Below, piece after piece: positions 25,681 to 40,715 of a stretch of DNA of 64,000 nt; within the stretch, counting starts at the first letter, position 1; every line of letters begins with the position of its first letter. The position numbers and the translations under genes were made by a program. The notes under the pieces were generated by a model, which was given only the letters and a program-made list of their open reading frames with translations, ran no database searches and had not been told where the DNA came from. The stretch is from Octopus vulgaris (lineage: Eukaryota). The stretch is from NCBI GenBank assembly GCA_951406725.2, contig OX597819.1, forward strand, positions 16,802,001 to 16,866,000. The letters run 5' to 3'.

Positions 25681-26424
25681 TACGTACACTTGAAAATAAG
25701 TAAACGAAAACAAACAAAAAAAATTGAAGGAAATGTTTTCAGTAGACTTATATACACATACATACATACAAACTCAATACATACACTAATACAGACACAT
25801 ATACCGACACATATAAGCGTGTGTGTGTAACTTAGAATTCGGCAATAAAAGTATGATAGAATAATCAGTAGACTTTAAAAAATAAGTACTGGGGGTCGAT
25901 TTGATCGATTAAGAAAAGCCTTTATGCAGGACCCCAGCATGGCTACGATCCATTGACTAAACAAAGCAGAGGATTCCAAGACGCCTGCAAGTGCGGCTGA
26001 GAAAAAAACAAAGCATCCGACTACTGGTGTCCACCGTGTATCTATCGATTACCGGGCTACCCTGTTACGGTTTACAAAATAGTGGCCTCTGAATGAATTA
26101 AACTAATTAACAAATATAATGTCATTTTGTTGGATAAGCTTGACACACTAATCTCCTGTTATGTCTCAAGAGAATCGCTGGCAATTTAGCAGCTACTTAA
26201 ACACCATACGATACGCTACCCCAGTTAGCGTCTTAGTCTTCCATTACAGGAATATGTTAGACGGTCATTCTTCTAAATTTATGAGTTAGAGCAACTCTAC
26301 GATATGAATAGTAATTAACTATAACATAAAAGGTGAAGATTTTCAAGTACACACTTACACACGCACGCACATATACACATATGCCTGTGTGTGTGTGTAA
26401 ATATGTTTAAATAGCTGTTATTTC

Positions 26425-26857
26425 ACTTGTTCATTGCAAAGAATCGTGGAAGACCCTATGTCTGGCAACAGGACTCTGCACCATGCCACACAAGCAGGAG
26501 AAACCAATCATGTCTGTCAGACAATTTCTGCTACCGCATCATCCCTAACATCTGGCTACCTAACACCCCAAACTGCAACCCTCTTGGTGGGGCGCAGTTG
26601 AGCGAGAGACCAACAAAACTCCTTGTAATACCATAAGATGAACTGAAGGCAAAGATTATGGCAGCCCAGGAGAGTTAAAGGAGATCCCGAAGTCGTCAGG
26701 AGGCCGTGGTTGAAGCCAATGGCAATTTTATTGAATAAATTTACTCTTTAGTATTTCAAGATATTTATGTAATTTAGGTAAATATATGTTAAAATGAGAT
26801 ACCAGTGTTATTTTCCTTTTTGCATAATTCAGGAGGCAGTTTATTCACCGCACCCTG
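26425..26857 (+). pseudogene. Tc1/mariner DD37D (maT-like) transposase 3' relic with right end
   Basis: GRPYVWQQDSAPCH...WLPNTPNCNPL; 37 residues follow the second D up to the deleted third D; ends CACCCTG|TA. Confidence 0.85.
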
Positions 26858-27125
26858 TATATCTATATCTACACACACACACACACACACTTACATATAT
26901 ATATATATATATAAGACATTCTATCTATAAATGCTCTAATATCTACACAACCTTGGTTTTTTTATCTTATTACGCAATACATTCTTATATACACACGCTG
27001 ACATAGAACCAACGTTGAACCCTTTATTCGCAATATTATCGAATCTGGAACTTAACTATGGTCTGTCTATAGCACTTATTCAGCATTACCTGACACCTTT
27101 GGGTCTCAGTGACACCATTATCTCT

Positions 27126-27194
<69 letters not shown>

Positions 27195-27195
<1 letters not shown>

Positions 27196-27620
27196 AGGGG
27201 TACTGGGTAATCATAGGAAGGTTAACAGAGGAAGTAGTCTTTGTATGTGGTAGATGTGCAGGAACTATAATCACTAAGCACACACAAGAAATAGGTTTTC
27301 TCCAATGCCTAGGGGTATCCTTGGAGGTAGTAGAAAGGTTCCGTTATCGAGGTAACCGAATTAGCAGTGGTGGAGGAAGCCCTGAAAGCGGAGTGTAGAA
27401 CCAGTTGAGAAAAGTTCAAAGAACTATTACCTTTCTTGGTAGAAAAGGCCCTCTCCCTCATGGTGAAAGGCAGATGGTGTAGTGCTTGCGTACGAACAGC
27501 TATGCTACACTGTATTGAAACGTGGGCTCTGAATGCAGAGGACATGCGGAGCCTTGAAAGAAATGAAGCCAGCATGCTTTGCTGGATGTGGAATGTCCAT
27601 GTGCACGTACATGTTGAATC
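27195..27620 (+). pseudogene. RTE-clade LINE RT C-terminal fragment
   Basis: LEVVERFRY.G..ISSGGG, KFKELLPFL, ACVRTAMLHCIETWA, LERNEASMLCWM. Confidence 0.85.
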
Positions 27621-28251
27621 TCTTCTCAACAGCATATCCTAACAACTCCTCCTATTTCTGTCCACTCACAACATCTCATCAACAATACCTCCGTTCTCCT
27701 TTCGTAGTCTTGCGAACTTACCCACTCACCCTATCCAAACCTTATCCCTCTTAGATACACCTCCCTGTGACTTGAGTGTGACCTGCATTACATCTTCTTT
27801 CTCCCTTTCCCCCCTCTGTCTCACTCTCTCTCTCTTACTTAGTAACCATATATCTCCATTACTGCAAGCTGCCTGTTTCTGTCCCTCTACTCATACTCTA
27901 ATGTCTCATCTGGCACAAAGCCATCTTCCTCAATACTACTCCCCACGCTCATTTGAGTGAGTTTTGTCTTGTAAATTATTTGGTCACCTCACTGCTGCTA
28001 GTGCCACGTATAGCCCACACAGTACACTCTGCAAAGTGGACTGTGTTAGAGAGGACATCTAGTCGCAGAAATTATGTGCAAGTAGTCGGTAGAGCTTGAT
28101 CCAATCTTCTAATTTGCCGGGCTCCTGTCAAACGTCCAGCCCATGCCAGCATGGAAAACGTGCATTAAATGATGATGAGGAGGAGGATATATGCATACAT
28201 ACATACATACATACATACATACATACATACATACATACATACATACATACA

Positions 28252-28343
<92 letters not shown>

Positions 28344-28416
28344 CAGTGGACATATTAAAAACTAACGACAGAAGCAGTATTGATACTAAGAATCAATCTT
28401 GATGGGTTTATGTATG

Positions 28417-28603
28417 TGTGTGTACATGTGTTAGAGTAATGAAAAAAGCAAAACGATTTAAAAGCAAACTCACACGCACACACAAGCATATATCAAAATA
28501 CGCATGAGCGGGTGCATACGTGTGCACGTACTTGTGTTGTGTGTGTTTGTGTGTGCTTTTAAATCGTTTTGCTTTTTTCATTATTCCAACACATGTACAC
28601 ACA
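28417..28603. repeat. inverted repeat with 50-bp arms (2 mismatches)
   Basis: 28417-28466 versus the reverse complement of 28554-28603. Confidence 0.92.
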
Positions 28604-28839
28604 TTCATAGACACATACACGCAAACACACACACACACACAAGCACACATACATGTATATGCATATTACTGACATTGGTACATGCATGCAGCAACGCTGC
28701 CACAAACGTGTATTTATATGTTGACTGAGTATATATGTTTCTTTAATCTTGTTTTAGTCAGTGAGTTTAGTCAAACATTGTCAGTCCTTTTGCCGAACTG
28801 CTAAGTTACATGATGTAGACAACAGTTGTCAAGCACTGG

Positions 28840-28902
<63 letters not shown>

Positions 28903-29557
28903 AATGTCGGTACGCTTTCACACGCACCTGTTTTGTATAACATGAAGATTTTCTTTGGAATAAGAAGCGAGTGACCTTTTAAAGGAAAGCTGATGATGAT
29001 GGCAGTAGTCATGGTTGTGACGGTAGTGGTAGTGAAAGTAGTGGTGTAGTGGTGGTGGTAGTGATGATGGTTGCTTGTGGCACGGCTGCCACCACTATTA
29101 CAACTACCACAGCTACTCAGGTCAACACCGATCAAATAGGCATATGATCAAAGACATTCCACTCGTGACAACACACCCTTTCTAATGTGCAAGAAATCTA
29201 GTTTCTTCTTTTTTTTTAACGTGGCAAGATGAGATGTGAAGAAGATTTGACTGTTTTCTCTTGTACGTTGAGTAGTGGTGGTGGTATGTCGGAGTGGTTT
29301 CATGACGTAGTGGTGATGGTGGTATGTAGTGGTATGCACATGGCTGTTATATGTGATGATGGTGGCAAATAGTGACTGTGTGAGGTGGTATGTGGTGTTA
29401 TGTGATGGTGGTGGAGAGGAGATGTGTGGTATGCGGCAATAAATCACGAACAACAGGTATATATTTCTTGATAATCTTACAAGTGGTTGAAGAAAGGTTG
29501 AAGAAAGCGATAGGGAGTAGAGTGAGAAGGATCAAAAGAGTAAAAGAATAAGAGGGG

Positions 29558-29632
<75 letters not shown>

Positions 29633-29736
29633 TGAGAGAGAGAGAGAGAGATGTTGATAAGAATTGAAAAGACAGACATTGAGGAGCTGCATATGACAGG
29701 ACGGCAGAAAGGGGATTTTAGGAAGAATGAACATAC

Positions 29737-29784
<48 letters not shown>

Positions 29785-29998
29785 ATTTTGTCTGAGAGAG
29801 GGGGCTGGTATAATCGTAGCATGTTCATGCAATATAGAAAAAGTCAATAGAGTTGGTTAGAATTTTTTTTCGGGCTAAAGTTTTTGCGAGTTGCTCAACT
29901 ACTGGGAGTTTTCCATTTCGGACCACAGACAATCTACAGATAGGTAGAGATTGATAGGTAGGCGGACAGAGAAGTTAGTAAATAGATAGTTAGGTATA

Positions 29999-30043
<45 letters not shown>

Positions 30044-30266
30044 GTGTACACGCATTCATATATACACGAGCCAACGCACACACACACCATATATGTACGT
30101 AGGCAATGTATGTGTGTATGCATGTACATATGTGTGTGTGAGTGTGTGTGTATATGCTTATTGGGAGAACAAAGAAAAAAGAAGCAGACATGGAAACATC
30201 TCGACCCCCACCCTCCACACTCAAATTACTTATGTAGAGATGTCAGTTTTTCAGTATATACATTCG

Positions 30267-30309
<43 letters not shown>

Positions 30310-30313
<4 letters not shown>

Positions 30314-30480
30314 CAAAATGGGACAAGAACGCAAAACATCCGGACAGTTAGGTGGTACAAAAATTGGACAAAAAAACATCCAGATAGACGATACAAAGAA
30401 AACAAAGACGGGTCATTCGAAATTTTCTTTCCTCAGTCAAGTACCAGAACATCTTCACAATTTCAGCTGATTACATACGT
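30310..30480 (-). repeat. dispersed repeat fragment, related copy at about 47335-47445(+); possibly a PLE LTR piece
   Basis: Shared CTTGACTGA.GA...TTCGAATG.CC.GTCT...TGTATCGTC...TGCGTTCTTGTCC, adjacent to (TA)n. Confidence 0.55.
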
Positions 30481-30576
30481 AATTTGTATAATTACTTATG
30501 CATGAACACACACGCATGCACACACACAAACAAATTTATATATATATACACATAATGCATACCTACACGCACGTAT

Positions 30577-30638
<62 letters not shown>

Positions 30639-32443
30639 GTGTGTGTGTATGCAAGAATGTATGTTTCTATGCATACTTGTATATATAATGTGTGGTTGCT
30701 CGTAACAAAAAGCTTTCACCTTCAGAATTAATTACTCAATACTCCAAGAAGTACAGTATGATTTTATTGGTTACTTACAAGTGGTTGTGAACACTAAAAT
30801 AGACATTGATAAAGTTATATACCTCCATATACATTTGTACACGTATAAATGTATGTGTATGTGTGTATGTATACACACACACCAATACATTTAATTACAC
30901 TTGCGTATGTGTGTATATGTTATATGTATGTATACTATATGTATATATGTATATATATATGTGTGTGTGTGTGTGTATACTTGTATGTATGTGTGTATAT
31001 ATTTATATATATACATGTGTGAATATGCACAAAGTTGCGTAAATACACTCATGCATTCTAAGTCACAATCACAAACACATAGCAAGGAAGCAGACATCAG
31101 TGAACATACCTCTCATATATTCATAACCTAAAACTATTACCATATATATATACACTCCTTTATGCATATGTTGCACACGGATAAACGAAGTGTACATATG
31201 TTGTTGGTCTTGTTGTTTAGCTCTATGTCAACCATAACAGGAGAGAGCTATTACGAAAGATATTCTGTGATTATCGTTTTTTCTTTAATGTTTTAGCTAT
31301 AATGTCTCTAAATCTCATCTTACACATTTCTTTCCTTCTTGATAACGTAATATGTTATTCGAGAGAGGTCAGTCCTTTTATTTCTAGCATGCTGAATGAC
31401 CTGCCCTATAATCAAAACATAGTTCCGGATAGACTATTGCTTACATGCTTATGTTCTTTGGATACGAGTAGACAGTCATCATTTGTGCATGGATGAACGA
31501 ATGAACGTGTGAATATATATATATTGTCTAAGTATTTGAATGCTTCCTCTCATAAAAAAAACTTTGCTGGAATTAATATGTTATGTATAAGTGTACCATG
31601 TTGAATTTTAGAATTCTTGCGTATATTTACAGTTCCGCTTACAAATTATATTTATAAAATGACCATTAAGTGGTAACTTTCCTTGAAAGCTCTATTGTTT
31701 GTGCTTGCTACTGAAACATTTGCTATCATAGCTGAGTGCATTAATAATTATAATTATGAGATTTTTAAAGTTTAAACAAAGAAACAATAGGCTTTGAAGT
31801 AGTTGTATGTAAATATTCTCTCTTACTGATTTCGAAAGAAATATTCACCTGTACAGGGCAGCTGACCTTTATATATTTGCAATTGGTTCGCAACTTATGG
31901 AATTCTTGATGGTAATAGCAATTACGTTAATACATGGTATATTCAATGACAGAGTTATTCTCTATATTTATCCCATTTGGCAACATCATTTCACATTAAA
32001 ACGGAATATCATAATGTTTAGCGGTAGCTACCGATCACATGTATTATTATATCTGCCACAGAAATGTGATATAATCGACATTTTCGGCTGCATCTTGGGT
32101 GTTAAAGGGATTCGCTGTCTCTTGTGATCATTTGGCAGTTTGTTAGCAATCCCTTGTCCTCGGGTAGCAGAAGCATAATCTTAGAGAAAAGACGTGACGT
32201 AATAGTCATCAGTGTAACAGAGGCAACACTTTATACTAATATTTTCAGGCTTATGTATGTATGTATGTATGTATGTATGTATGTATGTATGTATGTATGT
32301 ATGTATGTATGTATGTATGTATGTATGCATGCATGCATATGTGTGTATGTGTGTGTGTAGGCAGGTAAGTAGGTTTTACACGTTCATATATGTGCACTTG
32401 TGTGTGGATATCAGTATGTGTATAGTATGCATATATATGTCCG

Positions 32444-32524
<81 letters not shown>

Positions 32525-32814
32525 ATATGTATATATTTATGTATGTATATATATATTTTTACATGTTTCAGTTACACGCGCAAAGACTTGTTCCGTTGCT
32601 GCTCTCTAAGAGATGCCAACTGTGTTTAAGAAGTTGTGGTATTCGGACATCAGTTGACTTCCACCACGTAAACACGCGGGCGTGATTGTATGTTGGTGTA
32701 TGAGTGTGTTTATTTGTGTGTGAGTGTATATGCATGTATATATATGTATGTGTATGAATATCTATGTATATGTAGTATGTATATGTAGAATATGTAGTAT
32801 GTATCTTTTATATT

Positions 32815-33048
32815 TTATCTTTTGTTTCAGTCATTAGACTTCGGCTATGCAGCGGCATCGACTTGAGGAAATTTAGTCGAACCAATCGACCTCAGTACTT
32901 TTTTTTAAAAACCTGGTACTTGTTCTATTGTTTTTTAAAAAAATTTTATCTTATATTATATCACGGGGACATAAACAAACCAACACAAGTTGTCAAACGT
33001 TGGTGGGGGACAAATACAGACTTACACAGACATATGCACACACGCACG

Positions 33049-33089
<41 letters not shown>

Positions 33090-33362
33090 ATACATCTATA
33101 TGTATACACACACTCACGCATATATTCATGTACATATAAACATATATATGTGTATGTCTATATGTATATACATATGTATGTGTGTCTGTGTGTTTGTGTG
33201 TGTATGTGTGAGTGTGTGTACATGACTGTTCTTTCGGTTCCTGTCGACCAGATCCACTCACAAGGCTTTTGTCGGCGTAAGGCTAAAGTAGAAGACAGGC
33301 AGTGGAACTGAACCTGGGACCGTATAGTTGAGAAGCAAGCCTCTTAATGCACAACTACGCCT
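32815..33362 (-). mobile_element. SINE, same family as 5659-6064
   Basis: Reverse-complement similarity of head and tail; internal microsatellite. Confidence 0.7.
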
Positions 33363-33646
33363 ATGTGTGTTTATGTCTATATGTATGCATATATTTATGT
33401 ATGTATATATATGTGCATGTGTCTATGTATGTATGTATGTATGTATGTATGTATGTATGTATGTATGTATGTATGTATGTATGTATGTATGTATGTATGT
33501 ATGTATGGGTGTGTGCTTGTGTGCGTGCGTGTGTTTATGTTTATATATCTATGTCATATATGTGTATGTGTATGTTCTTTGTTCTTAAGTTCTTTCGTTT
33601 ATTTTTGTCTTCTCAGCCAAGGCCATGTTGGAAAATCGACTTTCTG

Positions 33647-33696
<50 letters not shown>

Positions 33697-33856
33697 AGTG
33701 TGTGCACGTGTATGTTTCTATATATGTATTTTATGTTTTTGACACTATTTGACAATGAGAGATTGTTATAATCGGTAATGTGTGTGTAGGCGATATGTAC
33801 CAACTAGTGTATATAGCGAAGCCCCTGCATATGTATGTGTGTGTATGTATGTATAA

Positions 33857-33951
<95 letters not shown>

Positions 33952-34133
33952 CGTGTGTGCGTGCGTGCGTGTATTAATATATACATATACACTTAGTACA
34001 CGTAATCAACCTTGCCAACACCACTATAGTCACTGTCACCACCTCACCACTATAATGACCACGTCCATCCCATCTACCACCACGACCATTCAACTCTGTC
34101 ATCACTATTAGCACCATTACCATCACCACTGCC

Positions 34134-34726
34134 GACGTCACTATAATCATAATGTCAACTACGACACCATCGCCTCCACCATTACCACCAACCAGCACTG
34201 TCGACGTCACATCATTGTGTGACCATTGTTCTGAGAGCTGTGAGCAAAATGTCTTGCACAGGGAGTGGGTAGATTGAGGATGGTGGTGGAAATGTTGATA
34301 AGGGGTTTGTGGAGGTGGATTATTATATCAATAACAATACTGTTCTTTTCTTTTTGTAAATAGCTCTACCACACCACAACGCTGCTGCCGCTGTGGACGT
34401 CACTACCACCACCACCACCACCACCACCACCACCAACACCAACACCACCACCACCACCATTAAGTTCACAACTACTAACACAGTTTTCTTGAAGCGGCCG
34501 AAACCAAGATCCATTTCACCACACCGTGCCATGATTATCTGTCCTCCTTTAACTTTGATTCGTCCTCAGTTTCACGTTGTGTGTCTGCCGATCATATCTA
34601 TGTAGTTAGTGGACCTCATCCTCTTTTGGTGTGCATAAATCTCCAAAGTATAAATTCTGATTGGCTAGCTTAAGCAGTGGCCAGCAAAACCTAACTTGGA
34701 TTGAGTAATGACGTAAAATGACGTAA
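34134..34726 (-). promoter_or_regulatory. candidate promoter/enhancer: CRE-like cluster + CCAAT box
   Basis: GACGTCAC at 34134, 34203 and 34396; TGACGTAA at 34709 and 34719; CTGATTGGCT at 34657. Confidence 0.4.
34480..34532 (-). CDS. candidate first coding exon (MARCGEMDLGFGRFKKT..), product unknown
   Basis: ATAATC-ATG-G context, open 53 nt, then a GTTAGT donor-like site; unique sequence downstream of the CCAAT/CRE motifs. Confidence 0.3.
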
Positions 34727-35329
34727 TTAAATTCTACAAAGCACTCCCTACCACCACCACCACCACCACCTCCATCACCGTCGCCGCCACCTTCACCACA
34801 ATAACTTAGCATCATCAGGATCACCACCACATTATCATCACCTCTGCCGCCTCGGCACCACCGTCACCATAAACCATAACTATCACCACTACCACCATAA
34901 TCACCTCTGCCACTCTATTAATACCAGTTATTAATTGAGACAGTTTGACTTATATGGAGTAGAATGACACAAGACACCTGGTTGTGTTAATGGTAGGTGG
35001 AAGTATGTGTACAGGTATCTACAGTAGAGAGACAACAGTACAGTGGGTATAGTGTGGTGAAGCTGTTGTTGGAGGCGGGACTTGTAGTTACTAAGCAAAT
35101 GTCTGAAATGCATATATAAATACGTATATATATATATATGAATATGCCTGTGTACATACAGATGTACAGACGTATATATACATTCATACACACACACACA
35201 CACACAAACATACAGCACTTACATGCATACTTAGTTATGCGTCTTTTTATACGCCTGTTGGGTGGTCCACTACATATTCCACAAAACCAATACTTCGTCG
35301 TGTGTGCGAATGCGAGTAAGTGTATGTAC

Positions 35330-35595
35330 GCTGTACCCTTCTATATCAGAAGATCAGAGTCCCTCCTGAGTCAGGCTCATGCGGCCAGTTTTCCCGCATT
35401 CTGTGGCTTATATATTCCTCACATTGAACGGGACTCCGGCTTGTCGCAGGTTTACTCATTTGTACTAGCAGAGCGGACAAGATCAGCATTAAATGAAGTG
35501 ATTTGCTTAAGAACATACTGTATCGCTCATACTCGGAATCGAAACCACAATCTTGCGGTCATAAGTGCAACTCCCCAACCACTAAGCCATGCTTT
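35330..35595 (-). mobile_element. decayed tRNA-derived SINE
   Basis: Minus strand has TGGCTTAGTGG and GGTTTCGATTCC boxes; body related to 59606-59903. Confidence 0.65.
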
Positions 35596-35637
35596 TCTAC
35601 ACCATTATATCTATCTATCTGCTGTCTGTCTGTACAT

Positions 35638-35690
<53 letters not shown>

Positions 35691-35789
35691 ATACATATAT
35701 GTGTATCTATTATAATATGTCATATTTATGCATGCATACGTACAAACGTCCATGCATATATGTATACATGCATGCCTTAATTTTTAAAT

Positions 35790-36200
<411 letters not shown>

Positions 36201-36960
36201 ATATAATCATCGAAACATTGGGAAATTGAAAAGTCTGTGCTTCTTGGATATTCTGCCTTTGATACTTGTTTCTTCACACTGAAACGTGGAGATTCCCTTG
36301 TTACTGGCAGCATCAGAAATGGTATGAACTAGTGAATGAATCACTGGAAACCTATTGCCAACGAACCTACTTTTCATGAATTAGTACATAAAACAAAAAA
36401 GTACACATAAGGCATATTACCAGAAAAATATCCCGTAACCAATGTATCATAGCCAGTTCATTAATAACACAACTAAATAAGGAAAAATGAAACTAGAAGG
36501 TAAATTACACTGACTGGTGAGCCTAAGGAAGCATAAGTTCCATTTTTAATAGTGAAATATTCATCGGTCTACAAACGAGACAAATAATACGAATTGTATG
36601 CAGAAATATAGAACTAAATAACATGCTCTATGCATCAGCATGCCACGAAGACTTTGGACATGAAATATTATGGAAAGTCTGTAACATTATAACATTCATA
36701 TGAAAACAAAGAAAACTGCATGACATGGTCATTCAGTTGAAAAGGAATTGAGATGGATCTGTCCGTCCAAGTAGGTGTAAAAGCTGACCGACTGGACTCC
36801 AAGTAGCCGCGAAAAGGAGCAGGATAGAGATAAGAATTGGATAGTAAATGCAAAATGGAAGGCTATGGAAAAATACAATGAAAGCCTTTATACTCTATTA
36901 GAAAGTGATTACACACACACATGTATGCATATCTATACATACACACATATACATATATAA

Positions 36961-37043
<83 letters not shown>

Positions 37044-37911
37044 CATATATATTTGTGTGTGTGTGTGTGTGTATGTGTGTGTGTGTATGTGTGTGCGCGT
37101 TAAACCCTGAAAGGCTCTGAAACAATATGTCCTCGAGAAAAACGAATTTGATTTTCGAAATCTGCGTCCCATTGAGAAGGTTGCTGGTAAATAATAATCA
37201 TAAAATATAATTTCCTCCGAAAAGTAACTCAACAAATCTTCCACTTTCTATCTGTCACCATCAGCTTTCTCTGTTTTATGCCAACCACTCTCTGTATATT
37301 TTTAACACCCTCTTTCTCACTCACTCACTTACTAACTCTTTCTCTCTCTCTCTCTCACTCACTCTGTATATGTATTATCTCTCATGCATTGCTTTCATTG
37401 TGTTTAAATTTTCGTTTTGTAATGTTTACTTTCATTTTATGATACACAGCTAATTACGCACAAAATGCTAGCTTCCAAATCCTGTTTCCTGATTGGGTAA
37501 AAATTATCAAACTTAAAACCTCTGTAACATTTTTCTAAAATTTTTCTAGGATAATGGATTTTTTGGAACCACAAAATCGGACTCACCATGAAAAAGTACA
37601 TCAATATGCTAAATTTGAAAAATTCACTTAATTTTAGGATTTCAAAATCTGTGACTGCAAAAGAAAAGACTTCTCCTTCTCTATTTGTCTATCCCTTTCA
37701 GTTTTCGCTTTATTCATTGTGGATTTTCCCCCCTCTCTAAATAGTTACCAGACTCTCTCTCAGTTTCTGTAAATGCGTGTGTTTGCATGTGTGTAAGGAA
37801 TTTCAGTATGATGAGAGAGTGATTTTAAAAAGATATATAAAAGATAATTTATTTTAATAGCATACTTTACTGTTAGTAAATATGTTTTTTCTTGTACACA
37901 CATACACACAC

Positions 37912-37959
<48 letters not shown>

Positions 37960-38419
37960 CATGCACACACACTCACCCACTCTCACACTCAGACTCGCTT
38001 GGTGCGGAGTAGGAGTTAAAAATTTAAATCGCAAAATTTTGTTGTTGTCTAAATCAACAATGGACCACCGCATCATCTTTGCATAAAATGTATTTATGGG
38101 GAGAACAATTTTGAAAGATATCAATATTTGACAGAGTAACAAAAAGACCCTCACAAAAATAGAAAATACCAGCTGGTCGTGGGGTGTTCAAGAACCAGCA
38201 GCTAAATCTTCCTTAAATCATGCACCTTTTCATCAAAAATTAGTTTGAAATTATAAGCAGAAACAATTTGTAGAATCGGACTGTCCGTATTTTAGAACTA
38301 CGATTAAAAAAATTTTCAAAAAAGTCGAAATTTCAGGATTCATACGGAGTGGTTGATGGAAAAATTAATAACAATTTTCCTATTGTATTTAAATTATGTT
38401 TCATTTTCTGATTGAAAAT

Positions 38420-38720
38420 AAAGGAAGTGGTAATTGTAATGGTGATTCGACAGTTGCAGTGAACAGCTTGATTTTGATTTGCTGGGGCAATTTGGAGTTC
38501 CAGACCTTTAGTTTGTGACAGCTTGTCCATACTTGTGCCTTCCTGATCTTGATGTCTGCTTCCAAACTGCTTATCCAACTACTTAAAAGGACCTACAAGA
38601 TGACCAGAGGTCGTGTGTTGTCGTGTGACAGAGAAGTGGAATTCTTTCAAATACTAGCTGGGGTGCTACAAGGAGATACGCTTGCACTTTAACTGTTTGC
38701 AATTGTGCTACATCATATTA
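38420..38720. pseudogene. two RT fragments of an RTE-like LINE in opposite orientation
   Basis: Plus 38600-38720: EFFQILAGVLQGDTLA..LFAIVL. Minus 38420-38595: SWISSLEADIKIRKAQVW...WNSKLPQQIKIKLF. Confidence 0.7.
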
Positions 38721-40157
38721 CAACAGTTGATGATCTTACAATACTTCAAGTACAATGATATGTTACACATCAGCAATATATTAATATCTCTACAATATAC
38801 TATGGTATGATGGTATAAGAAATATTGTAACCAATGGTTACGTAGAAACAGTATATTATAGTCTGTACAATATTAGTGAAACGATAGTATGGAAAATATT
38901 GTAGCCAATAGTTATACATATACAGTATATGAATATCAGTGGCCCAGTAATATGCTTGCAGTTGCTAAATTTGGATTGCATACAAATGTCAAGAAAACTG
39001 AATACACATCTTTCAGCCAATCAAGTGATATATATAGTCCTGTTAACTCGGAGCCTTTCCTGGTTTTCAGCGACTGAGATTACAAAATGCCTTCCTGAAC
39101 AGGAGACCAGTCAATCGCAATATTAACCTTTAGCTGCCGCTGGAACTCGTTTTCAGTTGAGCAGACTTGAATGTACATTTGCATGGTGTCTATTTACAGC
39201 CAGATGAACTCTACATCTACATTGTACTTATTAACGGCTAGATTGATTTGTCGCTCCAACTGGTGCCAATTTATAGTTCATGGCCTGTATCTCTATATGT
39301 TACTTGTTTGTATTCTAATGTTCTGTACTTCTTTATAATACCTTTTTATATCCAGATAGTCTTTGTCTTCATATTATGCTTATTTGCACGGTTTGTATCT
39401 CTATACGGTACCTATTTGCAAATAGATAGTCTCTACTTCCAAATGGAGCATATTTACAACTTGGTGGTCTATGCACCATATGATATGCATTTATATCTAA
39501 GTAGGCTGCACCATTAAGTGTTAAAGACCTAGCTACAGGTTACAGCAATGAATTGTGGTACCTACTTACAACTAGGTGGATCACGTCTTGAGTCACATGC
39601 TAAAGTGCATTATCTTATACATACTATTTGTTGACCTTCATGAATTCAGTTTGTAGTCCAAGAGGCTATCAATTGCTTATGATGTGTTAGCCAGCATAAA
39701 ACAACAGCGCTCAGCTATATAAATGCATTCATTAGTATAATTTTGTCTCTTTATTTGCAGAGTTTAAAACTTGCCGGTGATGACTTATGACTTTTAATCT
39801 TACCGAGGTCGATAAAATAAAGTGCTAGTCAAGTACTAGGGTCGATGTAATCGGTTAACACTTCCCATGAATTTCTGGTCTTATGCCAGAAACGATTATT
39901 AATTATTATTATTGTTGTTGTTGTTGTTGTTGTTGTTAAGGCAACAAGCTGGCAGAATCATTAGAATGCCGGGCAAAATGCTTAGCGGCATTTCGTCCGT
40001 CTTTATATTCTGAGTTCGAATTTTGCCTTTCATCTTTTTCGAAGTCGATAAAATAAGTTGAACATTGAGGTTAATGTAATCGACTTACTCGCTTCCCCGA
40101 AAGTGTTGGCCTTGTGCCAAAATTTGAAACTATTATTATAATTATTATTATTATTAT

Positions 40158-40620
40158 TTCTTTTTATCACTGGCTTTGTTGGTGCCCCTGAAGTCTTGCA
40201 TGCGTAGTGGGCTTGTTACCTGCAGCCTACGGTACCATACTATCCTTTCTTTTCAGCTAATACTTTCTTGATTATGCTGGTCGTGCGAAGGAGGCAAACC
40301 TTTAGTAACAGTTCTACTGGACACTCTGTTGCAGTTTCCACTTTATATTCCCCTTGATGCCTTCAGGACTCAACAATAATTGGCTGTATCTTCACTTTCT
40401 TCATTTTCCATAGCTGGGCTATTTCTTACTTAAGTGGGTTGTTTTTATCTATTTTTTCACCTTCTTGACTATTCGTTGGTCAAAAGGGCGTGAAACATCA
40501 ACTATAAGCATATGTGGTACATCTTATCCACCACCATTAGGTCCGGTCTGTTATGCTCTAGCACCTGATCTGTTTGGATTGGGAAATCCCAGAGGATTTT
40601 GCTAGTCTCTGATTCCGCCA

Positions 40621-40624
<4 letters not shown>
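40158..40624 (-). mobile_element. 5'-truncated R4/Dong-like LINE (restriction-like endonuclease domain) in (TAA)n
   Basis: KILWDFPIQTD..LEHNRPDLMVVDK..VDVS.PFD..EIAQLWKM..PIIV; (TAA)n on both sides. Confidence 0.8.
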
Positions 40625-40685
<61 letters not shown>

Positions 40686-40715
40686 GTAGTAGTAGTAGTA
40701 GTAGTAGCAGTAGTA

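Noticed and set aside
32572-32690. Plus-strand exon-like segment (TTTCAG|...|GTATGT)
   Set aside because: Stops occur in all three frames and there is no independent support.
36230-36900. Possible very old LINE endonuclease relic
   Set aside because: Too decayed to recover convincing motifs by eye.
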